Assembly (NCBI GenBank): GCA_903879985.1
Contig: CAIRNR010000007.1
Location: 280,079-344,078, forward strand
From: an uncultured candidate division WWE3 bacterium
GTDB lineage: Bacteria > Patescibacteriota > WWE3 > UBA101185 > UBA10185
Direction of reading: 5' to 3'
Length of the DNA: 64,000 bases
The notes below the pieces were generated by a model that did not search any database, was not told where the DNA came from, and saw only the letters and a program-made list of their open reading frames with translations. The position numbers and the translations under genes were made by a program. Within the stretch, counting starts at the first letter, position 1. Every line of letters starts with the position of its first letter. Shown in pieces: positions 58,576 to 64,000 of this stretch.

Positions 58576-59145
58576 ATGTTTTCAAGAGTACTAATAAAAC
58601 TTATTGATCAAGCTATTCTACCTGCCATTGTACTCTTGGTTGTCAGAATATTGTCGGTGATAATGATATCAAAATACGCAGGAATAAACTTTTCAATCGA
58701 ACGAACAAGTCTCAACTATTCCAATTTAAGCGATTATATTTTAGTAAATTCATATTCTTTATTGTTTATGGTCGTAGTTTTGGCGTCCGGACTTTTTTAC
58801 ATTATTTTTAAAACACTTGTTTTCCATGAAACTCATATAACACCAACTTTAACGGCAAAATTATTTTCGCTTGGTATGCCGTCGTTTATTCAATCTTCCT
58901 ACGACTTATACACACAAGGCGCCATTTGGCTTTCATATTCATATTTATTACTGTTTGTTACAGGGGTTATGACTATCTTTCAGCTGGTTTACCCGATGAT
59001 ATTTATAATAGCCGGCGGACTTACCGTTGTTTCTACAGTTTTACTGGTATTGGATATAGAACAAGAACTTGATATTTCAAAAACTAAGGGACCTACTCTC
59101 GATAATGACACTAGATTTATAGATTTGGAGGTAGACGTAGAATGA
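58576..59145 (+). CDS. 4-TM membrane hypothetical protein
   Basis: KLIDQAILPA, NSYS, FH.THI.P; four hydrophobic segments. Confidence 0.7.
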   Translation: MFSRVLIKLIDQAILPAIVLLVVRILSVIMISKYAGINFSIERTSLNYSNLSDYILVNSYSLLFMVVVLASGLFYIIFKTLVFHETHITPTLTAKLFSLGMPSFIQSSYDLYTQGAIWLSYSYLLLFVTGVMTIFQLVYPMIFIIAGGLTVVSTVLLVLDIEQELDISKTKGPTLDNDTRFIDLEVDVE

Positions 59146-59414
59146 TGAAAAACTTGCACAAATTATTTGCAAACTCTTTACTGGTTTCCGGACTTTTTGT
59201 GTTGTTCGGAATTCCTTTGGTGTCTTTAGGATTTATTTCTTCTCATTCTGTACAAGTAAATAATGATGTTCTATCGGCATCCGATACAAAAACCAACGAA
59301 GATATAGAAACAAGAAAACTAATTGAGAAATTTAAAAAGGAAATGCAAGATCAAGAACTGAAACAGGCTTCGGAAGCAGCACAAACATCTGAAACATCAA
59401 CCGACGTAAGGTAA
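59142..59414 (+). CDS. Small membrane-anchored hypothetical protein
   Basis: ATGA overlap, single TM. Confidence 0.6.
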   Translation: MMKNLHKLFANSLLVSGLFVLFGIPLVSLGFISSHSVQVNNDVLSASDTKTNEDIETRKLIEKFKKEMQDQELKQASEAAQTSETSTDVR

Positions 59415-60347
59415 GAAAAACATTATTCCAAAAGTTACTAATCCCCACAAAACAACAGCAAGTAATAAAGGTCTATCTGATAACAAAATTCTTTCCGGAG
59501 ACTCGCCCTCACCTTTTTCGTAAACAACATACAAATAACGAGCAACTCCGTAAATAACAAAAGGAATTGTTAACATCATCCAACGTGGGCTTTTTAAAAT
59601 AGATGGCAGATAGTTTGATAATTCCACGCTAATTCTTTGGGGAGCAATTTGGAAAACAAACATAGAATAGCTAATTATTGTGTATGCCGCCGAAATAGAC
59701 ATCATGCTGTCTAAAAGATTGTCTGGATAATGGCGCAATGTACTTCTGGTTTCACCTTGTTTTTGTTCCAACGCATATTTTGACATAATGGTTTTTTCAG
59801 ATCGTCTTTTTCCGAAAGCTAACAATAACGAAACGCCGATTGTTGTTAATCCAAGCCAGGACGAAACCGAGGTATTAGTAGCTAAACCACCAGCGAAAAC
59901 TCTCAATACAAAACCCGAAGCCACGACCAAAGAATCAAGGATAATTACATTTCTAAAATATAAGGAATACGAAAGCTGAATTAACACATACGCAATCAAA
60001 GCTAAAGTGTAGAAAGTGCCTATATAAACTGTTGAGCCAATAAGAGCGCCAAAAACCAAAACCATGGCCACACTAAAAGCCAAACCAGCGGAAAGCGTTC
60101 CTGAAGCAATAGGACGATTTTTCTTGATTGGGTGCAAACGATCCTTTGGCGCGTCAATGATGTCATTAACAAGGTATGCACCTGAAGAAAGCGCACAGAA
60201 CGCGACAAAAGCCTTTATAGCAAGGTCTAGCGTGTGTCCCGATAGAATCATGCCGGTAAACAAAGGTGCCGCAAATAAACTTAGGTTTTTAAGCCATTGT
60301 CTGGGACGAGCGGTACGTATGATTTGATATATAGTAAAGAACATCAT
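59397..60347 (-). CDS. UbiA-family polyprenyl-phosphate phosphoribosyltransferase (DPPR synthase-like)
   Basis: RPRQWLKN, YLVNDIID..KDRLHP.KKNRPIASG, GFVLRV, FGKRRSE, GESPE. Confidence 0.88.
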   Translation of the reverse strand: MMFFTIYQIIRTARPRQWLKNLSLFAAPLFTGMILSGHTLDLAIKAFVAFCALSSGAYLVNDIIDAPKDRLHPIKKNRPIASGTLSAGLAFSVAMVLVFGALIGSTVYIGTFYTLALIAYVLIQLSYSLYFRNVIILDSLVVASGFVLRVFAGGLATNTSVSSWLGLTTIGVSLLLAFGKRRSEKTIMSKYALEQKQGETRSTLRHYPDNLLDSMMSISAAYTIISYSMFVFQIAPQRISVELSNYLPSILKSPRWMMLTIPFVIYGVARYLYVVYEKGEGESPERILLSDRPLLLAVVLWGLVTFGIMFFLPYVG

Positions 60348-60376
60348 TAGTATAATATGTGTTTTTTGCTAATTTC

Positions 60377-61033
60377 TCAACTTTCAATAATATAGCCATA
60401 CCCGTGACGAGTCTTAATTACGTCTTTTCCCAGCTTTTCACGAATACGCCGTATGTGCACTTCAACAGTATTTGAGGCAACGTCCAAGCCAATATCCCAA
60501 ACATGTTCCAGTATTCTTTCTACCGAAACCACCTGATTTATATTCAAAAGTAAATATTCCACCAAATCAAACTCTTTTCGGCACATATAAACTTCGCAGC
60601 CATCTAAAAAAACTTTCCGCTTCTTTAAATCCAGTGTAATTCCATTATATGAAATTTCCTTTGAACTTGGTGATAAACATTTTCTACGAATTAAAGCTTT
60701 TAAACATGCGCGCATTTCCAAGGTATCCACAGGACGTGATATGTAAGCGTCGGCCCCCGATTCAAGAACTTTAACTTTATGATAAACACAATGTCTGTCT
60801 GAAATAAAAAGTATCGGGATAGATTCACTTTGTAACCTAACGATTTTACAAATTTCTAAACTCGTTGTATCAGTTACATTTCCAAAAATAATTAAAGCGT
60901 CGTAATCAACCACATCACAACAATAATTAACGTCTTTATAAGCATTTGCTAGGTCAACGACGAAGTCTTTTTTCACTTCGTGAAGCACTAAATTCAAACA
61001 GATGTCATCGTTCTTGGCTAATAAAACACGCAT
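60377..61033 (-). CDS. OmpR/PhoB-family response regulator with atypical receiver domain
   Basis: IPILFIS, GADAYISRP, KEFDLVEYL, HVW, NTVEVHIRRIREKL, T.HGYGY. Confidence 0.88.
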   Translation of the reverse strand: MRVLLAKNDDICLNLVLHEVKKDFVVDLANAYKDVNYCCDVVDYDALIIFGNVTDTTSLEICKIVRLQSESIPILFISDRHCVYHKVKVLESGADAYISRPVDTLEMRACLKALIRRKCLSPSSKEISYNGITLDLKKRKVFLDGCEVYMCRKEFDLVEYLLLNINQVVSVERILEHVWDIGLDVASNTVEVHIRRIREKLGKDVIKTRHGYGYIIES

Positions 61034-61157
61034 CTAAATGAACCGCAAAAAACTACAACATAGTAAATATAATAGTCCGATTATGAATAAAAGATGAAAT
61101 CAGAATTAACCAGGATTTGCGTTTATTGTCTATATGTCATAAAATTTTTGTACACTT

Positions 61158-61634
61158 ATGCTTCTCACACCTCATACAGTAGTGGGCGTAGCAATTGCCA
61201 TGGCAATACCAAACCCTTTAATAGCAGTACCGGTAGCTTTCGTCTTTCATTTTTTGGGAGATTTAGTTCCTCACTGGGATTTTTATTCAAATACTAAACG
61301 CGAAGAACGCTTAGAAGGTTGGCGTCCTATGGCTGTTATGGGAGAAATGGCAATTGGAGTTGCCGTAGGAGTTTATTTTACTTTACATGCGCTTTGGGTA
61401 ATGCATAATCCGGCTTTAAGTTTAAACATCTTCTTGTGTGGAATTGCATCGGTATTACCAGATGTTATTACAGGACCTTCAATTTATATTAAGGGAATTG
61501 ATAGTATTTTTGATTTCGTACACAAACTACAACACAAACTGCAATTTCAGGCACCACTTCCTTGGGGAGTTATTTCACAGTTTGCTGTGATGGGTCTTTG
61601 CTTGTTACTGATCGCAAGTTTAGGAGGATTATAA
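61158..61634 (+). CDS. Membrane protein, YdjM-like putative metal-dependent hydrolase
   Basis: PHTVVG, HFLGDLVPHWD, VLPD, H..QH. Confidence 0.6.
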   Translation: MLLTPHTVVGVAIAMAIPNPLIAVPVAFVFHFLGDLVPHWDFYSNTKREERLEGWRPMAVMGEMAIGVAVGVYFTLHALWVMHNPALSLNIFLCGIASVLPDVITGPSIYIKGIDSIFDFVHKLQHKLQFQAPLPWGVISQFAVMGLCLLLIASLGGL

Positions 61635-63078
61635 AGAACGCAACGATTCCGGATACGATTAGTGCTACCTGTAACATATATTTTTCTGGCGATAAAAGTC
61701 CAATCATTCCAAAAACAACAGTAGTTAACCAATAAAATGTGGCGATCTTTTTTGGACTCCATCCGTGGTCTAACAATAAGTGATGCAAATGGCCACGATC
61801 TCCTACCAATGGATTTTTACGTTGGAAAATTCTGCGAATAACCGTTACAAAAGCATCCATAAATGGAATTAGTATTATTAAAATAGAAACCACAATTTTA
61901 GCCTGCACCGAAATAGAAAGCACACCCAAAATTAACCCCGCGGTCATCGCACCAAACCCCCACATAATCTTAGAAGGATGCCAAGTGTATTTTGTAAAAC
62001 CAAACGCAGCACCTGCACTTATAGCCGCTAAAATAGCTGTTTGTGTTTGAACTAACTCTAAAGGATTAAATCTCAAGGCCAGGACAACAATAAACAAAGA
62101 CGCAATGCCAACAATTCCACCATATTGTCCATCAATTCCATTAGACCAAGATAAAACATTCATCAACCAAACGATCCAAATTATGGTAACAACTGCAGCA
62201 ATAACAGGTACAGAATAACTTCCAAATGAAAAAACAAATCCCTTTAAAAACAATAAACCGCCAAGTGGATTATTTATGAAGTCAAAAATTATTCCGGATA
62301 AAACCACAGGCGTAACCGAAATAACTAAAAGAATTAGACGCACAAGCGGATTTTCCAATAATCTAAAATCTGATGTCGGATGAGTATTCTGGAAATCATC
62401 CATTAAACCCAAAAGAGCTAACATGAAAACTGACAAATAAATTCCTAAAAAGTATTTTTGAAAACCCACATACAAAATAGAAATAAACAAAAAAACAATG
62501 GCGTAAATAAATCCACCACCTCTAGCAGACGGTTCACGTAATACCATAGCAGGATGACTATGAACAAAAGGGTTTGTAACAAGTTTTTTACGATGAGCAT
62601 AATCAATAAAATAAGGCAAAACAAAGTAAACAGTAAAAAAAGCGGCTAAAAATGGTGAAAGCATATTTAGGTAAAGTGGGTTAATCAGTGGTGGAAAAGG
62701 AATGGAAGCTACGTGCACAATTCTGATTAGGGAATAAGTTAGAAATAAATTACAAAAAGTAACACTAGCCCAAATAATACTGGAAAGATAGCGTATATAA
62801 AATTTATCAAATAAAACTAAAAGCGCACCGAGAACAAAAATGAAACTAGCTACAAGAGGAATTAAATAAATCAGAGTTTTTGGTGCAAGTTGTAAATCAC
62901 CCCAAGGTTTATTTAACCAAAATGGAATTACGTCGTTGATATACGTGAAGCGCAGATATATATACAAAAATTGAAACAGAATAATTAAACCATTAATAAC
63001 ATAAAACGAAGAAACCTTCTTTTTTATTTGGGCAGAAGCCGCATAAAAATTTAAATGTATGGTTTGGGTCAGTTTCAT
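61570..63078 (-). CDS. MraY/WecA (GT4) polyprenyl-phosphate sugar-1-P transferase with N-terminal 3-TM extension
   Basis: ARGGG, GLMDD, MNVLSWSNGIDG, HPSKIMWG, IPFMD, GDRGHLHH.L. Confidence 0.88.
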   Translation of the reverse strand: MKLTQTIHLNFYAASAQIKKKVSSFYVINGLIILFQFLYIYLRFTYINDVIPFWLNKPWGDLQLAPKTLIYLIPLVASFIFVLGALLVLFDKFYIRYLSSIIWASVTFCNLFLTYSLIRIVHVASIPFPPLINPLYLNMLSPFLAAFFTVYFVLPYFIDYAHRKKLVTNPFVHSHPAMVLREPSARGGGFIYAIVFLFISILYVGFQKYFLGIYLSVFMLALLGLMDDFQNTHPTSDFRLLENPLVRLILLVISVTPVVLSGIIFDFINNPLGGLLFLKGFVFSFGSYSVPVIAAVVTIIWIVWLMNVLSWSNGIDGQYGGIVGIASLFIVVLALRFNPLELVQTQTAILAAISAGAAFGFTKYTWHPSKIMWGFGAMTAGLILGVLSISVQAKIVVSILIILIPFMDAFVTVIRRIFQRKNPLVGDRGHLHHLLLDHGWSPKKIATFYWLTTVVFGMIGLLSPEKYMLQVALIVSGIVAFFIILLNLRSVTSKDPSQQTVK

Positions 63079-63081
63079 TTT

Positions 63082-64000
63082 TTACCTGACTTTCGGCATG
63101 TAATACAAGTCCTTCATCTTTTTACCGAAAAGCATTCTTGTTTGAGCGTCGACCCATGGGAAGAAAGAGTATGTTAATAAGTTAAGCATTATTAACGGAC
63201 CTTCTAAATACACCGGAATTTTTTGCCAAAAGTGCCAATTCTTTGGCATAGGACTGACTAACTTCATTCTGTAATACGTAGCTGGAATAATGAATACCAA
63301 AGTTACGGTTAGAATTTGGCTCATAATGTTGGGCAAAGAGTATGCAAAGTTAGATTGTTTAACGTAGGGATTTACCAATGTAACAAGACTAAATCCAAAG
63401 GTAATCAAAAAAACCATGTTCACCAAAATAACGCGTCTTTCTAAAAGTTTGGCTAACCATCCAAGCTTTTTTGAAAGAGGAAGTTTGTTGTTTTTCAAGA
63501 ATTCTTTCATGGATAATGGAAAATCAATTGCTCCCCAACCCCAGCGCAACAACTGGCGATACATACTAATATGTGAATCTATAAAATTCTTACCTTCAAC
63601 GGCATCTGCAGAATAAGGAATATAGTGACACACACCGTCAAAATCTCCGTTGCGCACGAAAAAAGATCTCCAATAAAAAATGGTGTCATCAATACCTAAA
63701 GTAACATCCCAATAATTTGCATCAATTAATGTTTGCAAAGATGCAGAGTAAGCAGAAAAACTATCTTTTAAAGCACCTTTTGTAGCACTCCAGTCAGACA
63801 AACTTCCCATTGTGACTGCGTTGGCTTCGATGCGCATCATCATTGGCACACGCCACAAATTATTGTTAAACAAATGAACAGCCGTGGAATAATAGTGGTT
63901 ATCTCGGCGAGATGTCGATAAATATAAATGGGACAATCGAGTTATGTACTGAGAATTCATCACGTGATCAGCGTCAATTGTGCTGAAAATGTAATTCCTA
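63082..64000 (-). CDS. Membrane GT2-like glycosyltransferase (5'-truncated by window edge)
   Basis: STIDAD DxD motif near the edge, FSAYS, IDDT, QLLRWGWG (QxxRW), C-terminal TMs. Confidence 0.75.
   Translation of the reverse strand, partial: RNYIFSTIDADHVMNSQYITRLSHLYLSTSRRDNHYYSTAVHLFNNNLWRVPMMMRIEANAVTMGSLSDWSATKGALKDSFSAYSASLQTLIDANYWDVTLGIDDTIFYWRSFFVRNGDFDGVCHYIPYSADAVEGKNFIDSHISMYRQLLRWGWGAIDFPLSMKEFLKNNKLPLSKKLGWLAKLLERRVILVNMVFLITFGFSLVTLVNPYVKQSNFAYSLPNIMSQILTVTLVFIIPATYYRMKLVSPMPKNWHFWQKIPVYLEGPLIMLNLLTYSFFPWVDAQTRMLFGKKMKDLYYMPKVR

Noticed and set aside
1-64000. CRISPR array, IS element, prophage, rRNA, tRNA introns, or TGA recoding (code 25)
   Set aside because: No regularly spaced repeats, transposase or phage genes seen; all four tRNAs are contiguous; conserved genes are full-length under code 11 and several end in TGA

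Overview
AT-rich, gene-dense bacterial chromosomal segment (standard code 11; TGA is used as stop). The gene content points to a Patescibacteria/CPR genome, probably Microgenomates/WWE3-like (inference): short AlaS, half-size TsaB, Jag without its N-domain, a chromosomal PrgI/VirB4 cluster, DUF5671, DUF4012 and many GT-C/GT2 enzymes. Core genes: tsaE/tsaB, ftsE/ftsX, mltG, rnpB, miaA/miaB, rpmH-rnpA-yidD-yidC-jag-dnaN (rpmH is missing from the ORF track), rnhA, groS/groL, alaS and four tRNAs (Glu-CTC, Gln-CTG, Pro-GGG, Cys-GCA). No CRISPR array, transposase, integrase or rRNA was seen. Most notable observations: a naturally circularly permuted DsbA; an NpmA/KamB-type 16S rRNA m1A1408 methyltransferase; an unannotated 27-aa basic ORF resembling ribosomal protein bS22; a catalytically degenerate sugar epimerase fused across the membrane to DUF4012; an FtsEX partner with a C39-like peptidase head; a tandem degenerate plus intact GGDEF protein; a Cys-rich non-phosphorylatable response regulator; a structured GC-rich element in the tRNA-Glu leader; and widespread leaderless promoter architecture. 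All family calls come from motif recognition by eye; no database searches were run.
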